From Nemertoderma westbladi (taxonomy: Eukaryota; Animalia; Xenacoelomorpha): DNA of 64,000 nt. Shown one piece after another: positions 48,625-62,600 of this stretch (within the stretch, counting starts at the first letter, position 1; every line of letters starts with the position of its first letter). The position numbers and the translations under genes were made by a program. The notes beneath the pieces are model-generated. The model searched no databases. It was not told the origin of the DNA and was given only the letters and a program-made list of their open reading frames with translations. The stretch spans positions 1-64,000 of the forward strand of contig JAUCBJ010007554.1 of assembly GCA_032718475.1 (NCBI GenBank), given 5' to 3'.

Positions 48625-50738
48625 CCCAGCAAGTACCAAAGGTAACAATTGTTGGGCAAAAGTAGCCCTCAATCTTCTTGAATGTAGGACAATTAAAAAT
48701 TGTAAATGTTGTAATTATATAATATCTAATGTTAGATAAGATGTTGTTTCACAATGTCAAACTGGTATTTAGACTTTGGCCTCATTGGATGTGCCCGAAA
48801 ATTTGATTCAAATTTTGCAATTTTTTGGGGTCACTGTTTTTTCCGACTTTAATGCATTCAGCGGCATCTCCTGTCCTATAGACAGGAAACTAAATTGTTT
48901 TTTGGCACTTTTGGGTTAGTTTACATCCTAATCAATATATTTAGGCACATTCCAGTAAGTTTTTCAAAATTTTACATATTTAAAATTATTGCCAAACTAA
49001 AAATACAACAATTGTTGTGTCTGGTACTTACCCTGCAGTTAAATCCAAACCGATGGTTACGACGGTAGGTAGGTCAGTTGTATTGTAAGTGCATACTGGT
49101 ACCGTATTTTATTTTGTATATAGGCTACGGCCTAGTTAGATCAACTGATGTAATGTTCTGTGCAATATTGTGTCTGGTACTTACCCTGCAGTTAAATCCA
49201 AACCGACGGTTACGACGGTAGGTAGGTCAGTTGTATTGTAAGTGCATACTGGTACCGTATTTTATTTTGTATATAGGCTACGGCCTAGTTAGATCAACTG
49301 ATGTTCCCCTCCTAGCTGTCGATGTTATGAAGAAGAGAGAACGTGGTACTTTCGACTATTGTACAGGTGATGGTATTGAGTTTATTCGGTGGAATGACAA
49401 CTCGGTCGTAACGATGGGGAGTAACGCTGTTGGTGTAGAACCTATCCAGCATGTAAACCGCTGGAGCAAGACTGCCAAATCCCGCGTCGCCATAAGTCAG
49501 CCGTTGGCTGTCAAGCTGTACAATAAACATATGGGAGGGGTGGACTTGGTAGACAGGGCATTATCCAACGTTCGCCCATCCATACATGGGAAGAAGTGGT
49601 ATTTTCCTCTTCTTATACATGCCTTCAATGTGGCGATGGTAGCATCCTGGCGATTGTTCCAAGTCAGTCATGCCGATTCTAAGGTGAAGCAAATAGATTT
49701 CTATCGAGTTGTGGTGCAGGCAATGCTGAGATCAGAGGTTGGACCAAGACCCTGCCCAGTTAGGTCTGTGATACCAGACATTCGCTATGATGGTGTTGGT
49801 CACGATCTTGTTAGTCTGCCATGTGTAGATACAGACTGTATGTAGCACATCAAATATACTGGTTTTTTTCTGATATGTATTACATGTAGGCCTACTGTAT
49901 TATACCATGATATTGTACAATAACTCATTACATTGTAAAACATTTAAAATGCTTGTACATATTTTTATATATACAAAATACAATACATATACGTATATAT
50001 ATATATAATTGAACTCAACCTACAGTACAATCTACTAATACCAACTATACGTATATATACATACAGGTCTTCTGTATTGTATATATGTATATACAGTATA
50101 CTGTGTATCACCATACAATATTATATTCTAAGGACCTAATATTTACTTTGAATATTGTAGTTATTAGTGAATTTCCGGAATGATGTATTTTTGATGCGTT
50201 AGGTCTCTGCCATAATGCATATTATGAATGATATATAACTACATTATTATATATACATTTGTATGTATAAATTGTAAATATATATACATATATATACTGT
50301 AGTACAATGTTCGTTTCTTATAGTCTACATTTTTTCAGTTTAAATTTTTTGATGTACATACAGTGCAGGACCGTATATATATAGTATGTGTTGTATATAT
50401 ATGTATACATATAATATATATATTTGATATATGCATATATATATACATGTACCGTACCTTTTATGTTATATTGTTATAAATATGTCATATACTGTGGTGA
50501 TCTAATATAATATATTGCCTAGGTTAACAATTTTGTTGTGTTTTGCACAGTAACCATCGGTTAGGATTTAACTGCAGGGTAAGTACCAGACACAACAATT
50601 GTTGTGGTTCTAGTTTTCCATGAAAGAGTTGAAATTTTTTTCGAATTTTTTTATATGTTGTTCATTTGAACCTAAAGGGTACAGAAACAAAAAATCACGA
50701 TTGGGCGACATCAATTTCTGGTAGCTGGTCTTGCTGGG
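48625..50738 (+). mobile_element. Internally deleted piggyBac transposon (2.1 kb)
   Basis: TTAA TSD at 48621-48624 and 50739-50742; TIRs CCCAGCAAGTACCA / revcomp CCCAGCAAGACCA; ~55-bp subterminal inverted repeats (~49005-49060, ~50550-50605); transposase fragment inside. Confidence 0.9.
49304..49845 (+). pseudogene. piggyBac transposase C-terminal fragment
   Basis: RWNDNSVVTMGSN...QPLAVKLYNKHMGGVDLVDRAL...KKWYFPLLIHAFNVAMVASW; the N-terminal part is missing and replaced by a ~135-bp local duplication. Confidence 0.88.
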
Positions 50739-50829
50739 TTAAATAGCAATGGGACTCATCGCTCTTATGGACCTAGCCCTAGCGCGACTTCACCTCTTTG
50801 TTTTGTACAGAACAGGCAGAAAAGTCTTG

Positions 50830-51110
50830 GGTCTTTGTTTTGTACTCAACCGGCAGATACATGTTGGTGGTTTACAATTGCAATACAGCAGAGAGAGAGA
50901 GAGAGAGGATAGATTATGGAGCTGGTAGAACATACAGTACATCCAATCAGGTATTACCATATCCTCCTCATCTAACAGCCATCCCAGACCTATGGGAGAA
51001 GATACATTGATGATGGGTACTAAGCTTATATACGATTGGTAGTTGGCTCGGGATAGGTGTCTCTCTTTAAACAATATTTACAAGGTGGCAGCAAGGTTGA
51101 CTCGATATCT
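50830..51110 (-). pseudogene. Academ-like transposase C-terminal remnant, copy 1
   Basis: ESTLLPPCK...HLSRANYQSYI...SPIGLGW...PDWM...LLYCNCK...CIC, matching the XPG-tail/Cys8 region of Academ proteins; Cys-rich tail homolog also at ~48415-48490 (-). Confidence 0.6.
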
Positions 51111-51569
51111 CCATGTTTTGAACAGAAAAGACGATACCGAAGCTCGTTCACGTCATTAACTTCTGACATTCATGTAAAGCAATAAGTATTATGCATAAGT
51201 CAGGTCCAAGATTAGCTGATATAGTTACAATGCGTTATTCTACTTAGAGATCCACACTCTTGGTAAACCTAGCATTTCAGGACATCGTTTTCATCCCTTG
51301 TAATGTATTTGAATTGGTTGAAGGTCATGATGGCATTGATTTGTGTCCATTTATTGCCGACACCCTCATTATCATCTCGAATATGAATGTCACATACTTG
51401 ATCTAGTCTTTGACGTTTGCTATTGGATACCCCCACCCCCCCCCCCCCCCCCCCCCCCACCATCCCTTTCAGTGAAACCTGCCTGCACTGATGTCTATAT
51501 TATTCTTAACCTTTCAACACATGTTATTATTCATCATTGGCGAACATTGGCAACTATCAGAATCGTATC

Positions 51570-52045
51570 TAGAGATTTAGAAAGTTTTATATGCCAATTA
51601 TATCGCAGGTGGTCAGATATTAATGACGTGAACGTGCTTCAGTATCGTCTTTTAATCTCAAAAAGTGGAGAAATCGAGTCAACCTTTGCTGTCACCTTGT
51701 AAGTATTGTTCATACACCTATATATCCAAAGCCAACTACCAAGCGTATATTTGGAAAAACGTTTAGTATCCATCATCAATGTACCTTCTCCCATTATACT
51801 GTAGGTATGTCTGTTAGATGAGGAGGATATGATACCTGATTGGATGCTTGTTCTTCCAGCTCCATCATCAATCCTCTCTCTCTGCTGTATTGAAATTGTA
51901 CTTCGTCATGTAAACCACTAACGTATCTGCCTACAAAATAAACTTCATTGCATTGAGTTGTACAAATTCAAGTAATGCACCAACTGGAAGGAGGCGGAAT
52001 TGGAATGAACTGATGCACTTGACACCTCAGATGATGATGATTTCT
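51570..52045 (+). pseudogene. Academ-like transposase C-terminal remnant, copy 2 (inverted relative to copy 1)
   Basis: LESFICQLY...DVNVLQYRLLISKSGEIES, then frameshifted ANYQAYIW...PSP...PDW...PAP...CKP..C..CTN; nucleotide similarity to the revcomp of 50850-51110. Confidence 0.6.
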
Positions 52046-52809
52046 AATACAGCAATAATTGTATCACATACATTACCTACTCGACTAAGAATACTCTATT
52101 TGCTCGGATGACATCATCGCATACCAATTAAGAATACCTGTACGTACATACATAATTATGTATTTATTATTAAATAAAGAGGATTTAGTATTCAAAAATG
52201 TTATTATCGATGGTAACAATAATTATATTCCAGAATTTTATGTCACATTTAGAATTGTTAGACCAGTAGCTATCTTTTTCAAAAGATACGATGAATTTAT
52301 ATTGAGTTATTAGAATACTACAGCATGTTTGTTGTTTTACCATTTCCATGACAACCGGTGAAAACACCAAGTCAGCTACCGATTCAGATTTGTTATCATA
52401 TCAAAATGAATGGCCAGAAGCTAGGTCTTCCCAAAAATATAAGTTCCGTGTGGTTACCAAAAAGTATCCCCTATGCTGGCTGGCCCATGGACTATATTAT
52501 GCGTATCAAGAAGTTGAGAAGAATGAAGGATAATTTAGTATTACAGTAGGCCCCAATAACAAAGCAAGTGCTATCCACCATTTTTATATTCGAAAAAATT
52601 AATTCGAAAAATGTGAATCAAGCAAGGACCATCCCATATTCAATCCTACTGTATTTGGACGTCGTACTTACGAGAGGCCATGATGACGTAAATTGCTTCA
52701 TACAAGGTATCAGTCAGTACTTCCAGGTCTACCTACTTTTTACCTGAGCCGCTGGCGCCGGAGGTTACCGGTTCGATCCCACCTGGACGTCATTGCCGAC
52801 TTTGTTATC

Positions 52810-52995
52810 CAACCACCTGTATCGACCACCTTACGTGAACGCAGATTAAGATTCAGTTGGCACTGCTGGAGAAGTAAACATGAGGTCATACTAGATCTAC
52901 TTTTCTGGCAACCAAGACAAGGAAAACGTATGCGGTGGACATATATACCTGGATATATGTATATGACATATATAGACCAACTTTTATTGGACTTG
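52810..52995 (+). mobile_element. RTE-like LINE 3' fragment
   Basis: PPVSTTLRERRLRFSWHCWRSKHEVILDLLFWQPRQGKR...TYIDQLLLD, typical of the region C-terminal to RT in RTE-clade elements. Confidence 0.65.
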
Positions 52996-53392
52996 GGAGA
53001 AACGAATTTGTGACGACTATGGAGAAACAGGAAGCCTTGAAGGATCATATTTCCATTGTCCGTGCTCAACCTAATTGTAGTAGTAGTTTCTCGGAAGTTC
53101 CTTCGTTTCACAACACGACTATCGTTTCGTACAGAATATAATATACTCGGGAACGTTTTGTCTTGTAGTTGCTAGGGATTTACACCACCTCATTGTATTA
53201 TGAGTTTATGCCAAATGAAGTTTTATTACATACAAAAACACATACACACCCTCCCCTTACTCAATGGCAATAATTCTAGGAATAATATTCCATTCATGAA
53301 ACAAACCACACAAAGAATCACAGTGCCGTAGTGATTGAGAATCCCGGATATTAAGTTTGATGCCCTAACAACTTTGCCAAGTTGCATCAGCC

Positions 53393-56300
53393 TTGTTTGT
53401 ACATGGATTACTGTAAATGGATTACTGTAGCATTGTTTGTAAATGGATTACTGTAGCATTGTTTGTAAATGGATTACTGTAGCATTGTTTGTAAATGGAT
53501 TACTGTAGCATTGTTTGTAAATGGATTACTGTAGCATTGTTTGTAAATGGAATACTGTAGCTTTGTTTATAAATGGATTACTGTAAATGGATTTTTGTAA
53601 ATGGATTACTGTAGCATTGTTTGTAAATGGATTACTGTAGCATTGTTTGTAAATGGAATACTGTAGCTTTGTTTATAAAAATGGATTACTGTAAATGGAT
53701 TTTTGTAAATGGATTACTGTAGCATTGTTTGTAAATGGATTACTGTAGCATTGTTTGTAAATGGATTACTGTAGCATTGTTTGTAAATGGAATACTGTAG
53801 CTTTGTTTATAAATGGATCACTGTAAATGGATTACTGTAGCATTGTTTGTAAATGGATTACTGTAGCATTGTTTGTAAATGGATTACTGTAGCATTGTTT
53901 GTAAATGGAATACTGTAGCTTTGTTTATAAATGGATCACTGTAAATGGATTACTGTAGCATTGTTTGTAAATGGATTACTGTAGCATTGTTTGTAAATGG
54001 ATTACTGTAGCATTGTTTGTAAATGGAATACTGTAGCTTTGTTTATAAATGGATTACTGTAAATTGATTTTTGTAAATGGATTACTGTAGAATTGTTTGT
54101 AAATGGATTACTGTAGCATTGTTTGTAAATGGATTACTGTAGCATTGTTTGTAAATGGATTACTGTAGCATTGTTTGTAAATGGATTACTGTAGCATTGT
54201 TTGTAAATGGATTACTGTAACATTGTTTGTAAATGGAATACTGTAGCTTTGTTTATAAATGGATTACTGTAAATGGATTTTTGTAAATGGATTACTGTAG
54301 CATTGTTTGTAAATGGATTAATGTAGAATTGTTTGTAAATGGATTACTGTAGCATTGTTTGTAAATGGATTACTGTAGCATTGTTGTAAATGGATTACTG
54401 TAGAATTGTTTGTAAATGGGTTACTGTAGCATTGTTTGTAAATGGATTACTGTAGCATTGTTTGTAAATGGATATTACTGTAGCATTGTTTGCAAATGGA
54501 TTACTGTAGCATTGTTTGTAAATGGATAACTGTAGCATTGTTTGTAAATGGATTACTGTAGCATTGTTTGTAAATGGATTACTGTAGCATTGTTTGTAAA
54601 TGGAATACTGTAGCTTTGTTTATAAATGGATTACTGTAAATGGATTTTTGTAAATGGATTACTGTAGCATTGTTTGTAAATGGGTTACTGTAGCATTGTT
54701 TGTAAATGGATTACTGTAGCATTGTTTGTAAATGGATATTACTGTAGCATTGTTTGCAAATGGATTACTGTAGCATTGTTTGTAAATGGATAACTGTAGC
54801 ATTGTTTGTAAATGGATTACTGTAACATTGTTTGTAAATGGATTATTGTTGCATTGTTTGTAAATGGATTACTGTAGCATTGTTTGTAAATGGATATTAC
54901 TGTAGCATTGTTTGTAAATGGTTTACTGTAGCATTGTTTGTAAATGGATAACTGTAGCATTGTTTGTAAATGGATTACTGTAGCATTGTTTGTAAATAGA
55001 TTACTGTAGCATTGTTTGTAAATGGATTACTGTAGCATTGTTTGTAAATGGATTACTGTAGCATTGTTTGTAAATGGTTAACTGTAGCATTGTTTGTAAA
55101 TGGATTAATGTAGCATTGTTTGTAAATGGATTACTGTAGCATTGTTTGTAAATGGATTAATGTAGCATGTTTGTAAATGGATTACTGTAGCATTGTTTGT
55201 AAATGGATTACTGTAGCATTGTTGTAAATGGATTACTGTAGCATTGTTTGTAAATGGATTACTGTAGCATTGTTTGTAAATGGATTAATGTATCATTGTT
55301 TGTAAATGGATTACTGTAGCATTGTTTGTAAATGGATTACTGTAGCATTGTTTGTAAACGGAATACTGTAGCTTTGTTTATAAATGGATTACTGTAGCAT
55401 TGTTTGTAAATCGATTAATGTATCATTGTTTGTAAATGGATTACTGTAGCATTGTTTGTAAATGGATTACTGTAGCATTGTTTGTAAATGGATTACTGTA
55501 GCATTGTTTGTAAACGGAATACTGTAGCTTTGTTTATAAATGGATTACTGTAGCATTGTTTGTAAATGGATTAATGTAGCCTTGTATGTAAATGGATTAC
55601 TGTAGCATTGTTTGTAAATGGTTAACTGTAGCATTGTTTGTAAACGGAATACTGTAGCTTTGTTTATAAATGGATTACTGTAGCATTGTTTGTAAATGGA
55701 TTAATGTATCATTGTTTGTAAATGGATTACTGTAGCATTGTTTGTAAATGGATTACTGTAGCATTGTTTGTAAATGGATTACTGTAGCATTGTATGTAAA
55801 TGGATTACCGTAGCATTGTTTGTAAATGGATTAATGTATCATTGTTTGTAAACGGAATACTGTAGCTTTGTTTATAAATGGATTACTGTAGCATTGTTTG
55901 TAAATGGATTAATGTAGCATTGTCTGTAAATGGATTACTGTAGCATTTTTTGTAAACGGAATACTGTAGCTTTGTTTATAAATGGATTACTGTAGCATTG
56001 TTTGTAAATGGATTAATGTAGCATTGTCTGTAAATGGATTACTGTAGCATTGTTTGTAAACGGAATACTGTAGCTTTGTTTATAAATGGATTACTGTAGT
56101 ATTGTTTGTAAACGGAATACTGTAGCTTTGTTTATAAATGGATTACTGTAGCATTGTTTATAAATGGATTACTGTAGCATTGTTTGTAAATGGATTACTG
56201 TAGCATTGTTTGTAAACGGAATACTGTAGCTTTGTTTATAAATGGATTACTGTAGCATTGTTTGTAAATGGATTAATGTAGCATTGTCTGTAAATGGATT

Positions 56301-58070
56301 ACTGTAGCATTGTCTGTAAACGGAATACTGTAGCTTTGTTTATAAATGGATTACTGTAGCATTGTTTGTAAATGGATTACTGTAGCATTGTTTGTAAACG
56401 GATTACTGTAGCATTGTTTGTAAATGGATTACTGTAGCATTGTTTGTAAATGGATTACTGTAGCATTGTTTGTAAATGGATTACTGTAGCATTGTTTGTA
56501 AATGGATTAATGTAGCATTGTTTATAAATGGAATACTGTAGCTTTGTTTATAAATGGATTACTGTAGCATTGTTTGTAAATGACTGTAGCATTGTTATTG
56601 TTTGTAAATGGATTACTGTAGCATTGTTTGTAAACGGAATACTGTAGCTTTGTTTATAAATGGATTACTGTAGCATTGTTTGTAAATGGATTAATGTAGC
56701 ATTGTCTGTAAATGGATTACTGTAGCATTGTCTGTAAACGGAATACTGTAGCTTTGTTTATAAATGGATTACTGTAGCATTGTTTGTAAATGGATTACTG
56801 TAGCATTGTTTGTAAACGGATTACTGTAGCATTGTTTGTAAATGGATTACTGTAGCATTGTTTGTAAATGGATTACTGTAGCATTGTTTGTAAATGGATT
56901 ACTGTAGCATTGTTTGTAAATGGATTAATGTAGCATTGTTTGTAAATGGATTACTGTAGCATTGTTTGTAAATGGATTAATGTAGCATTGTTTGTAAACG
57001 GAATACTGTAGCTTTGTTTATAAATGGATTACTGTAGCATTGTTTGTAAATGGATTACTGTAGCATTGTTTGTAAATTGATTACTGTAGCATTGTTTGTA
57101 AATGGATTACTGTAGCATTGTTTGTAAATGGATTAATGTAGCACTGTTTATAAATGGAATACTGTAGCTTTGTTTATAAATGGATTACTGTAGCATTGTT
57201 TGTAAATGGATTACTGTAGCGTTGTTTGTAAATGGATTAATGTAGCATTGTTTGTAAATGGATTAATGTAGCATTGTTTATAAATGGAATACTGTAGCTT
57301 TGTTTATAAATGGATTACTGTAGCATTGTTTGTAAATGGATTACTGTAGCATTGTTATTGTTTGTAAATGGATTACTGTAGCATTGTTTGTAAATGGATT
57401 AATGTAGCATTGTTTATAAATGGAATACTGTAGCTTTGTTTATAAATGGATTACTGTAGCATTGTTTGTAAATGGATTACTGTAGCATTGTTATTGTTTG
57501 TAAATGGATTACTGTAGCATTGTTTGTAAATGGATTACTGTAGCATTGTTTGTAAATGGATTACTGTAGCATTGTTTGTAAATGGATTAATGTAGCATTG
57601 TTTGTAAATGGATTACTGTAGCATTGTTTGTAAATGGATTAATGTAGCATTGTTTGTAAACGGAATACTGTAGCTTTGTTTATAAATGGATTACTGTAGC
57701 ATTGTTTGTAAATGGATTAATGTAGCATTGTTTGTAAATGGATTACTGTAGCATTGTTTGTAAATGGATTAATGTAGCATTGTTTGTAAACGGAATACTG
57801 TAGCTTTGTTTATAAATGGATTACTGTAGCATTGTTTGTAAATGGATTACTGTAGCATTGTTTGTAAATGGATTACTGTAGCATTGTTTGTAAATGGATT
57901 TTTGTAAATGGATTACTGTAGCATTGTATGTAAATGGATTACTGTAGCATTGTTTGTAAATGGAATACTGTAGCATTGTTTGTAAATGGATTACTGTAGC
58001 ATTGTTTGTAAATGGATTACTGTAGCATTGTTTGTAAATGGTTAACTGTAGCATTGTTTGTAAATGGATT
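53393..58070. repeat. 26-bp satellite (~180 copies)
   Basis: Unit TGTAAATGGATTACTGTAGCATTGTT with recurring variant AAACGGAATACTGTAGCTTTGTTTAT. Confidence 0.97.
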
Positions 58071-59083
58071 GTGAATGGTTAGTTCCTCAGTGTTCCAACA
58101 GGAAGGTCGTGAGATCGAGCCCCAGAAAAGGAACAGAAGTAAAATTGCTAGGAATACTAACGGTATTACGGGTTTCGAGGTCGCTGATCATGATGAGAAT
58201 TGTGGAAAATATTCGTGCTATGCAACCATTATTTTTTGAGCAATTCTGGTGCCCCACGATGAAAATTACAAACTCTAGCAAAAATGTCAAACTGTTTCTT
58301 TTGCATTTCGTTGGGTAATTCTGAAGCTACACTGGTTTTCAAGGTAGATAACGATACAACTCATTAAAAACATATTTTGTTCTAATCGGTTTATTCTAAA
58401 AACAACTATCGTTTTTGGTGTTTGTCTGCTGTGACAAATAATACAAGTAGCATCAAATTTCAAACTGCCAAAAATTGAACTGGGTTGGATCATTTTGAAG
58501 CTATAAGGTGTTCGAGGTCGCAGATCACGATAGAACTTGTTATAAACCTTTTATAAATGGTTTATAACAAGTTCTATACACTTCCATAAATGGAAGAGTA
58601 ACCATCAAATTTATTATCAAATTATGCTACTTTGAGTGTCATAATATACTATAATTCAGCTACAAAGAAAGCCCATTTAAGGCCATAATTAGGTTGATTT
58701 GGTGGTGTTATCATATCATATTTACATTACTTATTTTTTTCGTGTCCCAGGGGGCGCATTCCAAATTACCAGAAATTTTCTCGAATGTTATATTTGAGTT
58801 CTATAATGATTTAATGGGCAATAATCCAAGATACCTGTAGGGTAATATTTATTTATATAATGAACCTGTCATAGAAGAATCGAACTCCATCTTAAATAAA
58901 TCGATAGTCACTGCCAATGTTACCAGGGAGATCATTCCATCGACGCACGCACCGCACACTGAAAAATTTGCCTCTGATATCAAGTCGTGCTCGGGATTTA
59001 GCCAAGTTGAGTGGGTTGCAGGAGATCCTGGTGGGTCAAGCGCGCTGCTGTACTGACTCCAAGAGGGTAATATCACTCTGTAA

Positions 59084-59510
59084 CCATGGCGACCAAGCTT
59101 GAACACAATATTCAAGGTGAGGACGAACATACTGCTTCTCGAGTTTTACCCAAGTTTACTTATCTCGGTAGTGGAAAGTACGAGACATCTGACCGAGAAC
59201 CTGGTTCGCCATCTTGACAGCAGCCGCGCAATGAAGAGATGGCTCCAAAGAGAATGACTCACCAAGAGCCCAACATCCTTTCTACGTCCACTGACTCTAG
59301 GACAGTTCCAGCTGGATCAAATCCTCCCATGATGTAAGAGTGATTATTATTCCTGCCAAAATATAGAACATGGCATTTCGTATGATTGAACATCATCTGC
59401 CAATCACTGGACCACATTAATGGGTTATCAATATCAGCCTGGAGAAGTCCCCGGTCGTAATCAGAGTTTATTACACCGCCAATCTTAGTATCGTATGCGA
59501 ATTTAAATAT
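59084..59510 (-). mobile_element. CR1/L2-group LINE reverse transcriptase fragment (decayed)
   Basis: KFAYDTKIGG (from KFADDTK)...LQADID...WSSDWQMMFNHTKCHVLYFG...ERMLG and downstream YVRPHLEYCVQAWSPW. Confidence 0.85.
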
Positions 59511-59654
59511 AAAGAGCTTGGTCAATGTCATAATGGTTGATCAGCATCCAAAAAACCGCTATATACCGCAAATAAATTAATTTTAGTGAACTATAAAAAC
59601 TTTTTAAAAATTTTAGCATGAAAAATAGCGGAGATGGGTATGGGTGTGGGTATG

Positions 59655-62600
59655 GGTTCCCGCGCTACTCTTTGGTGGAGATCTCCGCACGAGGATGATA
59701 AACTACTGGAAGGCCGGTTCCCGCGCTACTCTTTGGTGGAGATCTCCGCACGAGGATGATAAACTACTGGAAGGCCGGTTCCCGCGCTACTCTTTGGTGG
59801 AGATCTCCGCACGAGGATGATAAACTACTGGAAGGGCGGTTCCCGCGCCACTCTTTGGTGGAGATCTCCGCACGAGGATGATAAACTACTGGAAGGCCGG
59901 TTCCCACGCTACTCTTTGGTGGAGATCTCCGCAGGATGATATAAACTACTGGAAGGCCGATTCCCACGCTACTCTTTGGTGGAGATCTCCGCACGACGAT
60001 GATAAACTACTGGAAGGCCGATTCCCGCGCTACTCTTTGGTGGAGATCTCCGCACGAGGATGATAAACTACTGGAAGGCTGGTTCCCGCGCTACTCTTTG
60101 GTGGAGATCTCCGCACGACGATGATAAACTACTGGAAGGCCGGTTCCCGCGCTACTCTTTGGTGGAGATCTCCGCACGAGGATGATAAACTACTGGAAGG
60201 CCGGTTCCCACGCTACTCTTTGGTGGAGATCTCCGCAGGATGATATAAACTACTGGAAGGCCGATTCTCACGCTACTCTTTGGTGGAGATCTCCGCACGA
60301 CGATGATAAACTACTGGAAGGCCGATTCCCGCGCTACTCTTTGGTGGAGATCTCCGCACGAGGATGACAAACTACTGGAAGGCCGGTTCCCGCGCTACTC
60401 TTTGGTGGAGATCTCCGCACGAGGATGATAAACTACTGGAAGGCCGGTTCCCGCGCTACTCTTTGGTGGAGATCTCCGCACGAGGATGATAAACTACTGG
60501 AAGGCCGGTTCCCACGCTACTCTTTGGTGGAGATCTCCGCAGGATGATATAAACTACTGGAAGGCCGATTCCCACGCTACTCTTTGGTGGAGATCTCCGC
60601 ACGACGATGATAAACTACTGGAAGGCCAATTCCCGCGCTACTCTTTGGTGGAGATCTCCGCACGAGGATGATAAACTACTGGAAGGCCGGTTCCCGCGCT
60701 ACTCTTTGGTGGAGATCTCCGCACGACGATGATAAACTACTGAAAGGCCGATTCCCGCGTTACTCTTTGGTGGAGATCTCCGCACGAGGATGATAAACTA
60801 CTGGAAGGCCGGTTCCCGCGCTACTCTTTGGTGGAGATCTCCGCACGAGGATGATAAACTACTGGAAGGCCGGTTCCCGCGCTACTCTTTGGTGGAGATC
60901 TCCGCACGAGGATGATAAACTACTGGAAGGCCGATTCCCACGCTACTCTTTGGTGGAGATCTCCGCAGGATGATATAAACTACTGGAAGGCCGATTCCAG
61001 CGCTACTCTTCGGTGGAGATCTCCGCACGAGGATGATAAACTACTGGAAGGCCGGTTCCCGCGCTACTCTTTGGTGGAGATCTCCGCACGAGGATGATAA
61101 ACTACTGGAAGGCCGGTTCCCACGCTACTCTTTGGTGGAGATCTCCGCACGAGGATGATAAACTACTGGATGGCCGGTTCCCGCGCTACTCTTTGGTGGA
61201 GATCTCCGCACGAGGATGATAAACTACTGGATGGCCGGTTCCCGCGCTACTCTTTGGTGGAGATCTCCGCAGGATGATATAAACTACTGGAAGGCCGATT
61301 CCCGCGCTACTCTTTGGTGGAGATCTCCGCACAACGATGATAAACTACTGGAAGGCCGATTCCCGCGTTACTCTTTGGTGGAGATCTCCGCACGAGGATG
61401 ATAAACTACTGGAAGGCCGGTTCCCGCGCTACTCTTTGGTGGAGATCTCCGCACGAGGATAATAAACTACTGGAAGGCCGGTTCCCGCGCTACTCTTTGG
61501 TGGAGATCTCCGCACGAGGATGATAAACTACTGGATGGCCGGTTCCCGCGCTACTCTTTGGTGGAGATCTCCGCACGACGATGATAAACTACTGGAAGGC
61601 CAGTTCCCGCGCTACTCTTTGGTGGAGATCTCCGCACGAGGATGATAAACTACTGGAAGGCCGGTTCCCGCGTTACTCTTTGGTGGAGATCTCCGCACGA
61701 GGATGATAAACTACTGGAAGGCCGGTTCCCGCGCTACTCTTTGGTGGAGATCTCCGCACGAGGATGATAAACTACTGGAAGGCCGGTTCCCGCGCTACTC
61801 TTTGGTGGAGATCTCCGCACGAGGATGATAAACTACTGGAAGGCCGGTTCCCGCGCTACTCTTTGGTGGAGATCTCCGCACGAGGATGATAAACTACTGG
61901 AAGGCCGGTTCCCGCGCTACTCTTTGGTGGAGATCTCCGCACGAGGATGATAAACTACTGGAAGGCCGGTTCCTGCGCTACTCTTTGGTGGAGATCTCCG
62001 CACGAGGATGATAAATTACTGGAAGGCCGGTTCCCGTGCTACTCTTTGGTGGAGATCTCCGCACGAGGATGATAAACTACTGGAAGGCCGGTTCCCGTGC
62101 TACTCTTTGGTGGAGATCTCCGCACGAGGATGATAAACTACTGGAAGGCCGGTTCCCGCGCTACGCTACTCTTTGGTGGAGATCTCCGCACGAGGATGAT
62201 AAACTACTGGAAGGCCGGTTCCCGCGTTACTCTTTGGTGGAGATCTCCGCACGAGGATGATAAACTACTGGAAGGCCGGTTCCCGCGCTACTCTTTGGTG
62301 GAGATCTCCGCACGAGGATGATAAACTACTGGAAGGCCGGTTCCCGCGTTACTCTTTGGTGGAGATCTCCGCACGAGGATGATAAACTACTGGAAGGCCG
62401 GTTCCCGCGCTACTCTTTGGTGGAGATCTCCGCACGAGGATGATAAACTACTGGAAGGCCGGTTCCCGCGCTACTCTTTGGTGGAGATCTCCGCACGAGG
62501 ATGATAAACTACTGGAAGGCCGGTTCCCACGTTACTCTTTGGTGGAGATCTCCGCACGAGGATGATAAACTACTGGAAGGCCGGTTCCCGCGCTACTCTT

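Larger units (their letters stand above)
46932..52818. mobile_element. 5.9-kb foldback with ~610-bp near-identical inverted arms and Academ-type transposase remnants
   Basis: 46932-47544 is the reverse complement of 52210-52818 (mirror ORFs 47201-47402 - and 52348-52549 +); interior has decayed XPG-tail/Cys-rich coding fragments. Confidence 0.75.

Noticed and set aside
58070-58130. Degenerate tRNA/SINE head after the 26-bp satellite
   Set aside because: Boxes too degenerate and no recognisable body or tail.
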